DNA of 64,000 nucleotides from Alphaproteobacteria bacterium (GCA_018823835.1 JAHJHT010000010.1:68245-132244); one strand, 5' to 3'. Shown: positions 21,421-32,052, counted from the first letter of the stretch. The notes: generated by a model from the letters alone, not told the origin. Numbers and translations are program-made.

Positions 21421-22215
21421 ATGCTCTCTGACACCAAGCCCGATCCCTTGCGCGCTCCCAAGCTCGACGCCCTCGCGCCGGCGGGCATCAGGCATGGCTA
21501 TTTCACGCGCACCGGCGGTGTTTCGAAGGGACTCTACAGCGGCCTCAACACCGGCGTCGGCTCGGCCGACGAAACGTCCAGCGTGACCGAGAACCGCCGC
21601 CGCGTTGCCGAATGGATGGGCGTGTCTCCCGAGCGCCTGCTGACCGCCTACCAGATCCACTCACCCGACGTGCTTGTCGTGCGCGAACCCTTTCGCGGCG
21701 ACCGGCCTAAGGCCGATGCACTGGTCACAGACCGCCCGGGCATAGCGGTCGGCGCCTCCTCGGCCGATTGCGGCCCGGTTCTGTTTGCCGACTCTGATGC
21801 GCGCGTTATCGGGGCGGCGCATGCCGGCTGGAAGGGTGCATTCACCGGCGTGCTCGAAAACACCATTTCGGCCATGGAGGGCCTTGGCGCGCGCCGTGAT
21901 CGGATCGTCGCCGTGCTCGGTCCCTCGATCAGCGCGGCAAACTATGAGGTCGGGCCGGAGTTCGTCGAGCGCTTCGTTGCCGCCGACGAGGCCAACGCCC
22001 GTTACTTCGCGCCCTCGGCAAAGCCCAGTCACGCGATGTTCGACCTTTGCCGCTACACGACCGACCGGCTGGCCGCGGCAGGCGTCGACGCAGGCGCGCT
22101 CGATCGATGCACCTATGCCGAGGAAGAGCTTTTCTATTCCTATCGCCGTTCGACGCATCGTGCGGAGCCGGATTACGGGCGGCACATTTCTGCAATTGTT
22201 CTGGAGGAGTCTTGA
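21421..22215 (+). CDS. pgeF: peptidoglycan editing factor PgeF (YfiH / laccase-domain, DUF152)
   Basis: Signatures: GIRHGYFTRTGGVS, QIHSPDV, ADALVTD, SADCGPVLF, HAGWKG. The start is uncertain (GTG 21367 vs ATG 21421). Confidence 0.8.
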   Translation: MLSDTKPDPLRAPKLDALAPAGIRHGYFTRTGGVSKGLYSGLNTGVGSADETSSVTENRRRVAEWMGVSPERLLTAYQIHSPDVLVVREPFRGDRPKADALVTDRPGIAVGASSADCGPVLFADSDARVIGAAHAGWKGAFTGVLENTISAMEGLGARRDRIVAVLGPSISAANYEVGPEFVERFVAADEANARYFAPSAKPSHAMFDLCRYTTDRLAAAGVDAGALDRCTYAEEELFYSYRRSTHRAEPDYGRHISAIVLEES

Positions 22216-23366
22216 TGGCGCTGCACTTTGAACAGACCGAATTCGACGCGCGCCGCGACCGGCTGATGATCGAGATGGCCGAGAAGAAGCTCGATGCCAT
22301 CCTCCTGTTCGCGCAGGAAAGCATGTACTGGCTGACCGGCTACGACACCTTCGGCTTCTGCTTCTTCCAGTCGCTCGTGGTCAAGGCCGACGGCTCGATG
22401 GTCCTGCTGACGCGCTCGGCCGACCTGCGCCAGGCCCGCCAGACCTCGATCATCGAGAACATCCAGCTGTGGACCGATCGCGACGGCGCCAACCCGGCGA
22501 TCGACCTGCGAAATCTGCTCAACGACCTCGACCTGCTCGGCGCCCGGATCGGCGTCGAGTACGACACGCATGGCCTTACCGCCTTCAACGGACGCCGCCT
22601 CGACGAGCAATTGCAGACCTTTGCCCAGATTTCCGACGCCTCGGGCATCGTCAATCGCCTGAGGCTGTTCAAGAGCCCGGCCGAAATCAAAAAGGCCGAA
22701 AAGGCCGCAAGCCTCGCCGACGACGCTCTCGACGCGGCGCTGCCCCTCATCAAGCAGGGCGGCGACGAGGCGGCCATCCTGGCCGCCATGCAGGGCGCCA
22801 TCTTCGCGGGCGGCGGCGACTACCCGGCCAACGAGTTCATCATCGGGTCGGGACAGGACGCGCTGCTCTGCCGCTACAAGGCCGGCCGCCGCAAGCTGAC
22901 CAAGAACGACCAGTTGACGCTGGAATGGGCGGGTGTCTACCACCACTACCATGCCGCCATGATGCGGACCGTCCTGACCGGCAAGGTATCCAAGCGGCAC
23001 CAGGAGCTCTTCGACGCCGCACGGGCGGCCATGCTCGCCGTCGAGAAGGCAATGATCCCCGGCAACACATTCGGCGACGTCTTCGACGCCCATGCCCGTG
23101 CCATGGAAGCGCACGGCCTGACCAAGCACCGCCTCAACGCCTGCGGCTACTCGCTCGGCGCGCGATTTGCCCCGTCCTGGATGGACATGCCGATGTTCTA
23201 CCAGGGCAATCCCGAGCCTATTGCGCCAAGCATGACGCTCTTCGCGCACATGATCATCATGGATTCGGAAAGCGAGACGGCAATGACCCTTGGACGGACC
23301 TATCTGACGACGGATTCGCAGCCCAAGCCTCTGTCCCGCCATGATCTCGACTTGATCGTGCAGTGA
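22215..23366 (+). CDS. M24 family metallopeptidase (Xaa-Pro peptidase / creatinase-like)
   Basis: Trimmed to the ATG at 22215, after GGAGGAG, overlapping the pgeF stop by 1 nt. It has a creatinase-like N-domain and a pita-bread C-domain (HYHAAMMRT...GYSLGA...H). Confidence 0.8.
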   Translation: MALHFEQTEFDARRDRLMIEMAEKKLDAILLFAQESMYWLTGYDTFGFCFFQSLVVKADGSMVLLTRSADLRQARQTSIIENIQLWTDRDGANPAIDLRNLLNDLDLLGARIGVEYDTHGLTAFNGRRLDEQLQTFAQISDASGIVNRLRLFKSPAEIKKAEKAASLADDALDAALPLIKQGGDEAAILAAMQGAIFAGGGDYPANEFIIGSGQDALLCRYKAGRRKLTKNDQLTLEWAGVYHHYHAAMMRTVLTGKVSKRHQELFDAARAAMLAVEKAMIPGNTFGDVFDAHARAMEAHGLTKHRLNACGYSLGARFAPSWMDMPMFYQGNPEPIAPSMTLFAHMIIMDSESETAMTLGRTYLTTDSQPKPLSRHDLDLIVQ

Positions 23367-23415
23367 TACAATGATGCCGGGTAACGAGGGGGCGCTACGT
23401 CGGGAGTACAAGCCA

Positions 23416-23979
23416 ATGAGGCGCTTGCCGCATCTCGCCGGTTCGCTGTTTGTCGCGGCAGCACTTGCCGCCTGCAGCAGCAGTCAGGACGTGCTCGAGC
23501 CGTCCGCCATCTCTCCGCTCAGCGCCGTGCAGCCGGGCGACGCCGGCTCCGCTCCATCGACCCAGACCGCTTCGGCCGGTGCATCGGTCCCGCTCAATCC
23601 GGCCATTGCCGCGCGGACGCGGCTGCATTTCGACCCGATCGTCGGCGCTACCGTCGAAACGGCAACGCCGCTGACCGAACGGCTTGCGGTGCGCGCAAGG
23701 GCGCAGGGCTTCACACTGGCCGGCAATGCCGACCCTGCGACCACGCACGTCCTGAAGGGCTACTTTTCGACGATGACGGAGGGCAACCAGACAGTCGTTC
23801 TCTACGTCTGGGACGTTTACGACCAGAGCGGCAACCGGCTGCACCGCATCAATGGCCAGCAGAAGTCGGCGACCGCCGGGGGCGAAGGATGGAGCGCCGT
23901 TTCCGCAGCGACGATGCAGCAGGTTGCCGACGACACGATCAATCAGCTTGCATCCTGGATTGCCGGGGCGACGGGCTGA
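23416..23979 (+). CDS. hypothetical lipoprotein
   Basis: Trimmed to the ATG at 23416. Lipobox AALAAC after MRRLPHLAGSLFVA. No recognisable domain. Confidence 0.55.
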   Translation: MRRLPHLAGSLFVAAALAACSSSQDVLEPSAISPLSAVQPGDAGSAPSTQTASAGASVPLNPAIAARTRLHFDPIVGATVETATPLTERLAVRARAQGFTLAGNADPATTHVLKGYFSTMTEGNQTVVLYVWDVYDQSGNRLHRINGQQKSATAGGEGWSAVSAATMQQVADDTINQLASWIAGATG

Positions 23980-24102
23980 GATGACGCGGTTCGGGGCTGC
24001 CTGCGCGGATTCTTTGGATTAATTCAGGCTGCCGCTTGCAATAGCGGCCCATGCCGCTAAAAGCCCGGTCAACGCAAAGTGGCCTTTCGCCAGGGACGTT
24101 GC

Positions 24103-25038
24103 ATGAAACTTTTCGCAGGCAATTCGAACCGGGTGCTGGCCGAAGGCGTCGCCCGATACCTAAACGTGCCGATCGGAAAGGCCAGCGTCAGGCGCTTCGC
24201 CGATCAGGAAATCTTCGTCGAGATCCAGGAAAACGTGCGCGGCGAGGACGTCTTCGTCCTTCAGTCGACGTCGTTCCCGACCAACGACAACCTGATGGAA
24301 CTCCTGATCATGATCGATGCGTTCATGCGCTCCTCGGCGCGACGCATCACTGCCGTGATCCCCTATTTCGGCTATGCCCGCCAGGACCGCCGTGCTTCCG
24401 GCCGCACGCCGATTTCGGCCAAGCTCGTCGCCAACATGATCACACGCGCCGGCGTCGACCGTGTGCTGACGCTCGACCTGCATGCCGGACAGATCCAGGG
24501 CTTCTTCGACATTCCGACTGACAATCTCTTCGCCGTGCCTGTCATGGCGCGCGACGTGAAGGCGAAATACAAGCAGCTCAACAACGTCATGGTGGTGTCG
24601 CCCGACGTCGGCGGCGTGGTGCGTGCACGCGCACTCGCCAAGCGCCTCGACGCCCAGCTCGCCATCGTCGACAAGCGCCGCGACCGGCCGGGCGATTCCG
24701 AGGTAATGAACATCATCGGCGAGGTTCGCGGCAAGGATTGCCTGCTGATCGACGACATTGTCGATTCCGGCGGCACGCTGTGCAACGCGGCCGAGGCCCT
24801 GCTTGCTGGCGGCGCAACCAGCGTGACCGCCTACATTACCCACGGCGTTCTCTCGGGCGGCGCAGTGGCGCGCATTGTCTCTTCCAAGCTGCAGGAACTC
24901 GTCATCACCGATTCCATTCAGCCGACCTCCAGCGTCGACGCTGCCCACAACATCCGCGTCGTCTCGATTGCCGACCTGATCGGCGAAGCGATCTCGCGCA
25001 CGGCGACCGAAGAATCCGTGTCCAGCCTGTTTGACTGA
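24103..25038 (+). CDS. prs: ribose-phosphate pyrophosphokinase
   Basis: MKLFAGNSN start and the PRPP-binding loop ([12 protein letters not shown]). Full-length similarity to Prs by eye. Confidence 0.95.
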   Translation: MKLFAGNSNRVLAEGVARYLNVPIGKASVRRFADQEIFVEIQENVRGEDVFVLQSTSFPTNDNLMELLIMIDAFMRSSARRITAVIPYFGYARQDRRASGRTPISAKLVANMITRAGVDRVLTLDLHAGQIQGFFDIPTDNLFAVPVMARDVKAKYKQLNNVMVVSPDVGGVVRARALAKRLDAQLAIVDKRRDRPGDSEVMNIIGEVRGKDCLLIDDIVDSGGTLCNAAEALLAGGATSVTAYITHGVLSGGAVARIVSSKLQELVITDSIQPTSSVDAAHNIRVVSIADLIGEAISRTATEESVSSLFD

Positions 25039-25050
25039 CGGCCCCGCCAG

Positions 25051-27294
25051 TCAGCCGACCAGACGGCTGACTGCTGGCAGGACATCCTCGATGTGAACCG
25101 GGAATTTCCGCGCCCGGTGACCCGTGGCGTCATAGACGGCGTTGGCAATTGCTGGTCCTGCACCGCAAATCCCCAACTCGCCAATCCCCTTGCTGCCCAG
25201 CGGATTGGAATGCCTGTCGAACCCGTCGAGCATGTGTACCTCCAGCCGCGGCACATCACGGTTGACCGCGATGTGATACTCCGCGAGGTCGCGGTTCATG
25301 AAGGCGCCGTAGCGCTTGTCCATCAGGCTTTCCTCAAGCAGCGCCGCGCCGATGCCGAAGATCATGCCGCCCATGAGTTGCGAATGCGCGGTCTTGCGGT
25401 TGAGGATACGCCCGGCATCGAAGACGCCGAGCAGCCGGCGGAGCCGGATCTCGGCGGTATCGGTGTCCACGCCCACCTCGGCGAACAGTGCGCCGTAGGA
25501 ATATTGCGCCATGGTCTCGTGCGCGTCGCCGGCCTTGATGTGTGCCTTGCAATGAAAGGTCTCACCGCCGACCGCGTCCAGAATGTCGCCGAGCGGCAGG
25601 CTGCGATCGCCGACGGAGACACGGTCGCCGTCGAGCCTGAGTTCTCCTGAATTCACGCCTGACCAGCCGGCATCGATGCGGGCGGCACGGGAGAGAATGT
25701 CGGCACGAATGTTCTGGCAGGCTTCGTGGACCGCCGTTCCGGTGCTGCCGGCTCCGAACGAGCCGCCGGAACCGCATGTCTCGGCAAAATCGCTGTCGCC
25801 GAGCCGGACCTCGATCATCCCGGCCTGCATGCCGAGCGCCTCGGCCGCGATTTGACCGAGGATTGTGTAGGTGCCGGTACCGATATCCGTCATGTCGAGC
25901 TTCAGCGTCAGGCGCCCATCGCGCGACAGCGAAGCCTCCGCTCCCGCCGGTTCGATGTTGTTCGACCTGATGGCGGCCGCAACCCCGTGCCCGACCAGCC
26001 AGCGCCCGTCGCGCTTGCCTCCCGGGCGGACGGGCCCACTGCGCCAGCCGAAGCTTGCCGCACCCTCGCTCAGGCAACGTGCCAGGGGGCGCGTGGAGAA
26101 CGGCTTGCCGGAACCCGGTTCGGTTTCGGGCTCGTTCAGCAACCGGAATTGCACCGGGTCAACACCGCAGCGCTCGGCCAGTTCGTCTATCGCGCTCTCG
26201 AAGGTCAGCGTGCCGATGGCCTCCCCCGGCGCCCGCATCGAATCGACCTTCGGAATATCCGCCTCGACGATTCGGTGCCTCATGCGGATGGCCAGAGCCG
26301 CGTAGCTGCTCTGCGTAAGTCCGCCGGCCGCCTCGGCGAAGGGATAGCCGCGCGCCATCGCTGCCAGGCTGTCATGCGAGATGGCCAGCAGGCGACCATC
26401 GGTATCGGCACCAAGCTTCAGCCGCTGCCGATGCTCGGTCCGATGCGGTCCGTTTGAGAACAGATTGCGCCGGGTCTGCGCGACCCGGACCGGCCGGTCG
26501 AGTTCGCGGGCGGCCAGCGCCGCCAGCACCGCCTCGTTGTGGATGCCGAGCTTCGAACCGAAGCCGCCGCCGATGAAGGGCGACACGATCCTGACGTCGC
26601 CGGGCTCCATCTTCAGCGTATGCGCCAGGCCCTTGCGGGCATCCGACAGAATCTGGATGGCCATGTGGACGGTGAGCTTGCCCTCCGACCACTCGGCCAC
26701 GGTGGCGTGGGGCTCCATCGCCGACGCATGTTGTGCCGGCGTGTGGTATTCCGCCTCCACCGTCACCGGGGCCTTGTCGAAGGTTTTCTCGAAATTGCCG
26801 GTTTCCTTGTCGGCCTCGTCCGCGCCATCGAGACTGTCCGGCCTAACGGCATCTTCCTCATGCGCTTCGGCGTCGAAGACGCCTGCTTCAATGTCGTATT
26901 TGACTTCGATCAGATGCGCGGCATGGCGGGCCTGCTCCAGCGTCTCGGCCACCACGAAGGCGACGGGGGCGCCGTGGTACTTGACCCGGTCATTTTCGAG
27001 CGCCGCATGTGACTGGCCGAAACGACCGGCATCCTTATGCGAACCGAAGGGAGCCTGCTCGGGCGCGTTCTTGTGGCTGAGCACGAGAAGCACTCCGTCG
27101 CTTGCCTCGGCCGCCGTCGTGTCGATCGATGAAATTCGCCCCTTGCCGATACCGGCTTCAACGATGAAGCCGATGCTGGCGGCGCGCGCGCCTCTGTAAT
27201 CGGCCGCGTATGTAGCCTGTCCGGTGACCTTGGCGGGTCCGTCCACCCTGTCGAGCGGCTTGCCGATCCAATTCCTGCTGTCCTGCTGGTTCAT
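25051..27294 (-). CDS. xanthine dehydrogenase/aldehyde oxidase family molybdopterin-binding large subunit
   Basis: 747 aa with typical motifs (GGGFGSK, KVTGQATYAADY, GIGELG near the C-terminus). Third gene of an S-M-L operon with 4-nt overlaps. Confidence 0.9.
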   Translation of the reverse strand: MNQQDSRNWIGKPLDRVDGPAKVTGQATYAADYRGARAASIGFIVEAGIGKGRISSIDTTAAEASDGVLLVLSHKNAPEQAPFGSHKDAGRFGQSHAALENDRVKYHGAPVAFVVAETLEQARHAAHLIEVKYDIEAGVFDAEAHEEDAVRPDSLDGADEADKETGNFEKTFDKAPVTVEAEYHTPAQHASAMEPHATVAEWSEGKLTVHMAIQILSDARKGLAHTLKMEPGDVRIVSPFIGGGFGSKLGIHNEAVLAALAARELDRPVRVAQTRRNLFSNGPHRTEHRQRLKLGADTDGRLLAISHDSLAAMARGYPFAEAAGGLTQSSYAALAIRMRHRIVEADIPKVDSMRAPGEAIGTLTFESAIDELAERCGVDPVQFRLLNEPETEPGSGKPFSTRPLARCLSEGAASFGWRSGPVRPGGKRDGRWLVGHGVAAAIRSNNIEPAGAEASLSRDGRLTLKLDMTDIGTGTYTILGQIAAEALGMQAGMIEVRLGDSDFAETCGSGGSFGAGSTGTAVHEACQNIRADILSRAARIDAGWSGVNSGELRLDGDRVSVGDRSLPLGDILDAVGGETFHCKAHIKAGDAHETMAQYSYGALFAEVGVDTDTAEIRLRRLLGVFDAGRILNRKTAHSQLMGGMIFGIGAALLEESLMDKRYGAFMNRDLAEYHIAVNRDVPRLEVHMLDGFDRHSNPLGSKGIGELGICGAGPAIANAVYDATGHRARKFPVHIEDVLPAVSRLVG

Positions 27295-28280
27295 GCCGCG
27301 ATCTCCCGCTTGCCTTCCGAAAGATCGCGCAACGCGGCCACGATCAGGCGCTTCGACAGGTCGATCTTGAAATCATTGTGTCCTTGTCCGACGGCACGGG
27401 CGAGTTCGGCTTCCGCTGCCATGGCGAAAAGCTCGGCACTCGGGCTGCCGCCTTCCAGAACGCTCTCGGCGCGGTCTGCCCGCCATGGCTTGTGGGCAAC
27501 GCCGCCGAGCGCGATGCTCACGTTGGCTATTCGCCCACCTTCCAGATCGAACGCCACCGCGATGGAGACAACGGCAAAGGCGTAGGACGAGCGGTCGCGC
27601 ACCTTGCGGTAGAACTGGCGCTTTGGCGGCGACGCCGGCAGCACGACATGGGTGATGAGTTCGCCCGTTTCGAGCACATGGTCGAACTGCGGCGTGTCGC
27701 CGGGCAGCCGGTGCAGCGAGCGCGCCGGAATACTGCGGGTCGAACCGTCGGGCTTCAGGGTTTCGACGGTCGCATCGAGGGCTGCCATCGCCACCGCCAT
27801 GTCGGAGGGGTGGACCGCGATGCACCGTTCACTCGCACCGAGGATGGCATGAAAACGGTTGATGCCGTCGAGCGCGTCGCAACCGCTCCCGGGCACGCGC
27901 TTGTTGCAGGCCCGGAACACATCGTAGAAATACTGGCACCGTGTGCGCTGCAGGAAATTTCCGCCGACCGTAGCCTTGTTGCGCAGCTGCTGCGTGGCGC
28001 CCGACAGAAGGGCTGTCGAGAGCAGCGGGTAACGCTCACGCACCAGCGGATGGCCGGCGAGAGCGGAGTTGCTGACACCCGCACCGACCCGCAGGCCCTC
28101 GACACCGTCTTCGATCTCGTCTGACGCCAGGCGGGACACATCGACCAGCCGGTCCGGCTTCTCGATTTCGAGCTTCATAAGGTCGACAAGATTGGTGCCG
28201 CCGCCGAGGAAGCGACCCTCGGCTCCCGCGCGCACGGCGTCCTGCGCCGATCCGGCGCGTACATAATCGAAAGGCTTCAT
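27291..28280 (-). CDS. FAD-binding medium subunit (CoxM/XdhB-like)
   Basis: 329 aa with an FAD_binding_5-type N-terminus (GGGTNLVDLMK) and a CO dehydrogenase flavoprotein C-domain. Its start and stop both overlap the neighbouring genes. Confidence 0.88.
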   Translation of the reverse strand: MKPFDYVRAGSAQDAVRAGAEGRFLGGGTNLVDLMKLEIEKPDRLVDVSRLASDEIEDGVEGLRVGAGVSNSALAGHPLVRERYPLLSTALLSGATQQLRNKATVGGNFLQRTRCQYFYDVFRACNKRVPGSGCDALDGINRFHAILGASERCIAVHPSDMAVAMAALDATVETLKPDGSTRSIPARSLHRLPGDTPQFDHVLETGELITHVVLPASPPKRQFYRKVRDRSSYAFAVVSIAVAFDLEGGRIANVSIALGGVAHKPWRADRAESVLEGGSPSAELFAMAAEAELARAVGQGHNDFKIDLSKRLIVAALRDLSEGKREIAA

Positions 28281-28777
28281 GCTGGCTCTCCGGCGACCGA
28301 AAGGATGGCGTCGACGATGTTGTTGTAGGCGCCGCAGCGGCAGAGATTGCCGCTCATGCGCTCACGGATTTCCTCCTCGCTGAGCCTCACGCGCTCGTCG
28401 GTCACGACACTCGGCTCGCCGCGCGCGATCTCGTTGAGCAGCGCCGTCGCCGAACAGAGCTGGCCGGGCGTGCAATAGCCGCACTGGAAGGCGTCTTGCG
28501 TCACGAAGGCTTTCTGCAAGGGGCTGAGGCCGTTACCCTCGGCCAGCCCTTCCACGGTCGTCACCGTGTCGCCCTCGTGACCGACGGCGAGCGACAGGCA
28601 TGAGTTGATGCGGGTACCGTTGACGATCACAGTGCAGGCGCCGCACTGGCCATGGTCGCAGCCCTTCTTGGTTCCGGTCATGCCGAGTGTCTCGCGCAGC
28701 AGGTCGAGAAGGCTGGTGCGAACGTCGGCTTCGGCCGAGACGGGCTCGCCGTTGACGGTCAGTGATATGGAAGGCAT
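28277..28777 (-). CDS. (2Fe-2S)-binding small subunit (CoxS-like)
   Basis: 166 aa with Cys clusters CDHGQCGACTV and CGYCTPG...CRCGAY. Confidence 0.9.
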   Translation of the reverse strand: MPSISLTVNGEPVSAEADVRTSLLDLLRETLGMTGTKKGCDHGQCGACTVIVNGTRINSCLSLAVGHEGDTVTTVEGLAEGNGLSPLQKAFVTQDAFQCGYCTPGQLCSATALLNEIARGEPSVVTDERVRLSEEEIRERMSGNLCRCGAYNNIVDAILSVAGEPA

Positions 28778-29277
28778 CGGGGAACCTCGTCCGTTGCGCC
28801 GCCGCTGGAACGGACGACCTGCGTAGGGGCACGCCTGGCAAATGGCTGGGCGGTCGGGTGGTCAGGAATCCGCCACCGAAGGGCCTGTTCGCTCTGCGCT
28901 TGTTCGGGGCATTAACACCGGCGCGCTGAAGCGGTTCCACCTGACGGCCTTTCCGCAAGGTGAAAGGCGGCTATCCCCACCCGGCGTGGTGCCCGATGTA
29001 TCTGCAGATTGATCGAACGCACGCTGCTCGGAATGTGCCATCGACCTGTAAGGAAGTTCAGACCGACGCCGAATTGAGCTGTCCGGTCCGAAAGCGCCGG
29101 GGCTGGAACCGGAAGCAACGCCTTGCGCAGCAACGCCTCGTCCGCTATAGCACCGCCACCCGCGTAGACACCCTTGGAGGCAACGCGGCTGAGAGCCGCC
29201 CTATCCGGCGGCTTTCGACGTTTTCGGTCGGCCCCGGCTGTCCGCGAGCGCTCCAGTTGAAACGAAAAGGAAATGCC

Positions 29278-29940
29278 ATGAGCAACGCAAGTTACGAGCT
29301 CAAGGCCGAAGCACGCGAACAGGTCGGTAAGGGGTCCGCCCGTGAAGTTCGCCGCAACGGTAAAGTGCCTGCAGTAATCTACGGCGACAAGCAGCCTCCC
29401 CAGGCGATTGCGCTGTCCTACAAGGAAATCTACTACAAGATTCATGGTGGCGGCTTCCTGACCACCGTGGCGACCATCGACGTCGGCGGCAAGAAGATCC
29501 AGGTCCTGCCCAAGGACTACCAGCTGGATCCCGTGCGCGACTTCCCGATGCATGTCGACTTTCTGCGTATCGGCAAGAACACCGAGGTCAACGTCAACAT
29601 CCCCGTGCACTTCATCAACGAGGAGACGTCGCCCGGTCTGAAGCGTGGCGGCGTGCTGAACATCGTCCGTCACGAGGTCGAGTTCCACTGCCCGGCCAAC
29701 GCCATTCCGGAATTCATCACCGTTGATCTCCACGGTACCGAAATCGGCGACTCGATCCACATTTCTTCGGTTACGCTGCCTGAGGGCATCAAGCCGGTTA
29801 TCTCCGACCGCGATTTCACCATCGCAACCGTCGCCGGTTCGTCCGCGATGAAGTCGGAAGCCGACGAAGCCGCCGAGGAAGCAGCCGAGGCTGCCGAGGC
29901 CGAGGGCGAGGAAGAAGCAGAGGGTGAGACCGAGGAGTAA
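29278..29940 (+). CDS. rplY: 50S ribosomal protein L25 / general stress protein Ctc
   Basis: Track ORF 28960-29940 trimmed to the ATG at 29278, after AAAGGAAA. It has the L25 N-domain ([20 protein letters not shown]), the Ctc C-domain and an acidic tail. Confidence 0.9.
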   Translation: MSNASYELKAEAREQVGKGSAREVRRNGKVPAVIYGDKQPPQAIALSYKEIYYKIHGGGFLTTVATIDVGGKKIQVLPKDYQLDPVRDFPMHVDFLRIGKNTEVNVNIPVHFINEETSPGLKRGGVLNIVRHEVEFHCPANAIPEFITVDLHGTEIGDSIHISSVTLPEGIKPVISDRDFTIATVAGSSAMKSEADEAAEEAAEAAEAEGEEEAEGETEE

Positions 29941-29970
29941 TCCTCGGTTCGCGCCGGGAGGGCCGCCACG

Positions 29971-30678
29971 ATGCTGCTGTTTGCAGGTCTCGGCAATCCG
30001 GGAGCGAAGCATGCCGACAACCGGCACAATGTCGGGTTCATGGCGGCGGACGCAATCGCCCGCCGCCATTCCTTTTCGCCCTGGACCAAGAAGTTCCAGG
30101 GCCTCGTTTCGGAAGGCACGATCGGTGGCGAGAAAGTCGTCCTGATCAAGCCGCAGACCTTCATGAACAATTCCGGCCAGGCGGTCGGTCAGGCGCTGCG
30201 CTTCTACAAGCTCGAGCCTGCCGACCTCACGGTATTCTACGACGAGATCGACCTGCCCGAGGCAAGGGTGCGCATCAAGCGCGGCGGCGGTTCGGGCGGC
30301 CATAACGGCATCCGCTCGATCGACAGCCATGTCGGCCGCGACTATCGCCGGGTCCGCATCGGTATCGGCCACCCCGGCAGCCCCGAGAAAGTTCACCACC
30401 ACGTGCTCGGCGACTTCGCCAAGGCCGACCTGATATGGCTCGAACCGTTGATCGAGAGCATCGGCGAGCATGCCGACATGGTCGTGAAGGGCAGCGAATC
30501 CGAATTCATGAACAAGCTCGTCCTGGCCGTAAAGGGTGGAGCGCCCGCCGAGGCGTCGCGGCCGGTGGCCAGGCAGCAGAGCCACATCCGCCAGGCGAGA
30601 CAGCAGGCGCCGGCGATCAAGGTACCGGAGGGCGGACCGATGGCTTCCCTACTAAAGAAACTATTCGGCAAGGACTGA
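29971..30678 (+). CDS. pth: peptidyl-tRNA hydrolase
   Basis: MLLFAGLGNPG...HNVGF...NNSGQ...GHNG motifs. Conserved rplY-pth-ychF order. Confidence 0.95.
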   Translation: MLLFAGLGNPGAKHADNRHNVGFMAADAIARRHSFSPWTKKFQGLVSEGTIGGEKVVLIKPQTFMNNSGQAVGQALRFYKLEPADLTVFYDEIDLPEARVRIKRGGGSGGHNGIRSIDSHVGRDYRRVRIGIGHPGSPEKVHHHVLGDFAKADLIWLEPLIESIGEHADMVVKGSESEFMNKLVLAVKGGAPAEASRPVARQQSHIRQARQQAPAIKVPEGGPMASLLKKLFGKD

Positions 30679-30794
30679 TCGCGCAGCGCCAGGGCGCGAA
30701 TGTTTCCACTCCCGGCCGGCCAAGCCTTGACGATGGGCGACCCGATCGCCCATAGCCCGGGTACTTCCGATCTCCAGACAGGACTTCAAGGATC

Positions 30795-31898
30795 ATGGGT
30801 TTCAAATGCGGCATCGTCGGCCTGCCCAATGTCGGCAAATCGACGCTCTTCAACGCGCTGACCAGGACGGCGGCGGCACAGGCGGCCAATTACCCGTTCT
30901 GCACCATCGAGCCTAACACCGGCGAGGTTGCCGTACCCGATCCGCGGCTGAAGAAGCTCGCGGCCGCCGGCAAGTCGAAGGAGATCATCCCGACCCGCAT
31001 CTCTTTCGTCGACATCGCCGGCCTCGTGCGTGGCGCGTCGAAGGGCGAAGGCCTCGGCAACCAGTTCCTCGCCAACATCCGCGAGGTTGACGCCATCGTC
31101 CACGTGCTGCGCTGCTTCGAGGACGACGACATAACCCATGTCGAGGGACGCATCGATCCGGTGGCCGATGCCGAGACCGTCGAGACCGAGCTTATGCTCG
31201 CCGACCTCGACAGCCTCGAGCGCCGCGTCGCCCAGTTCCGCAAGCGCGCTGCCAGCAAGGACAAGGAGGCGCTCACCGTTCTGCCGATGATGGAACAGGC
31301 CCTGGCGCTGCTGCAGGACGGCAAGCCAGCCCGCCTGCTGCTCGACGGCATAGCGACCGAAGACCTGGAAATCCTGCACGGCCTCAACCTGCTGACCTCG
31401 CATCCCGTTCTTTATGTCTGCAACGTATCGGAAGCCGACGCGGCGACCGGCAACGAGCACACCAGGGCCGTGGAAAAGATGGCGGCAAGCCAGGGGGCGC
31501 AGACGGTCGTCATTTCCGCCGCCATCGAAGCCGAGGTGGCGCAGCTCCCCGACGAGGAAGCGGCGGAGTTCCTCGCCGATCTCGGCCTGGAAGAACCCGG
31601 CCTCGACAAGCTCATCCGCGCCGGCTACGAGCTCCTCCACCTGATTACCTACTTCACGGTCGGCCCCAAGGAGACGCGTGCCTGGACAGTAAGCCGCGGC
31701 ACCAAGGCGCCGCAGGCCGCGGGCGTCATCCACACCGACTTCGAGCGCGGCTTCATCCGCGCCCAGACTATCGCCTATAATGACTTCGTGACGCTGGGCG
31801 GCGAGGTTCCGGCCAAGGAAGCCGGCAAGGCGCGTGACGAAGGCAAGGAATACGTCGTACAGGACGGCGACGTGCTGCTGTTCAGGTTCAACACCTAG
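30795..31898 (+). CDS. ychF: redox-regulated ATPase YchF
   Basis: G1 motif GLPNVGKSTLFNALT and the C-terminal TGS-like domain (HTDFERGFIRA...YVVQDGDVLLFRFN). Confidence 0.95.
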   Translation: MGFKCGIVGLPNVGKSTLFNALTRTAAAQAANYPFCTIEPNTGEVAVPDPRLKKLAAAGKSKEIIPTRISFVDIAGLVRGASKGEGLGNQFLANIREVDAIVHVLRCFEDDDITHVEGRIDPVADAETVETELMLADLDSLERRVAQFRKRAASKDKEALTVLPMMEQALALLQDGKPARLLLDGIATEDLEILHGLNLLTSHPVLYVCNVSEADAATGNEHTRAVEKMAASQGAQTVVISAAIEAEVAQLPDEEAAEFLADLGLEEPGLDKLIRAGYELLHLITYFTVGPKETRAWTVSRGTKAPQAAGVIHTDFERGFIRAQTIAYNDFVTLGGEVPAKEAGKARDEGKEYVVQDGDVLLFRFNT

Positions 31899-32052
31899 CG
31901 TCATCGCCAGTCTGTGCGGCCGGGCCTGCCGGCGGCGACCGGCCTTGACGCAAAACGGTGCCGGGGCTAAGCGCGGCAGCTGACTGACTGCCGTTTTCAG
32001 ACACTTTGACACGCACCGGCGGCGTGTCGCTGCAGAGCAAGGGGGTCCGGCG

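Noticed and set aside
28912-30585. 557-aa minus-strand ORF across rplY and pth, and the 326-aa N-terminally extended version of rplY (28960-29940).
   Set aside because: The first is antisense to two unmistakable translation genes. The rplY extension has an implausible sequence and no SD, whereas the ATG at 29278 has AAAGGAAA and begins the L25 domain.
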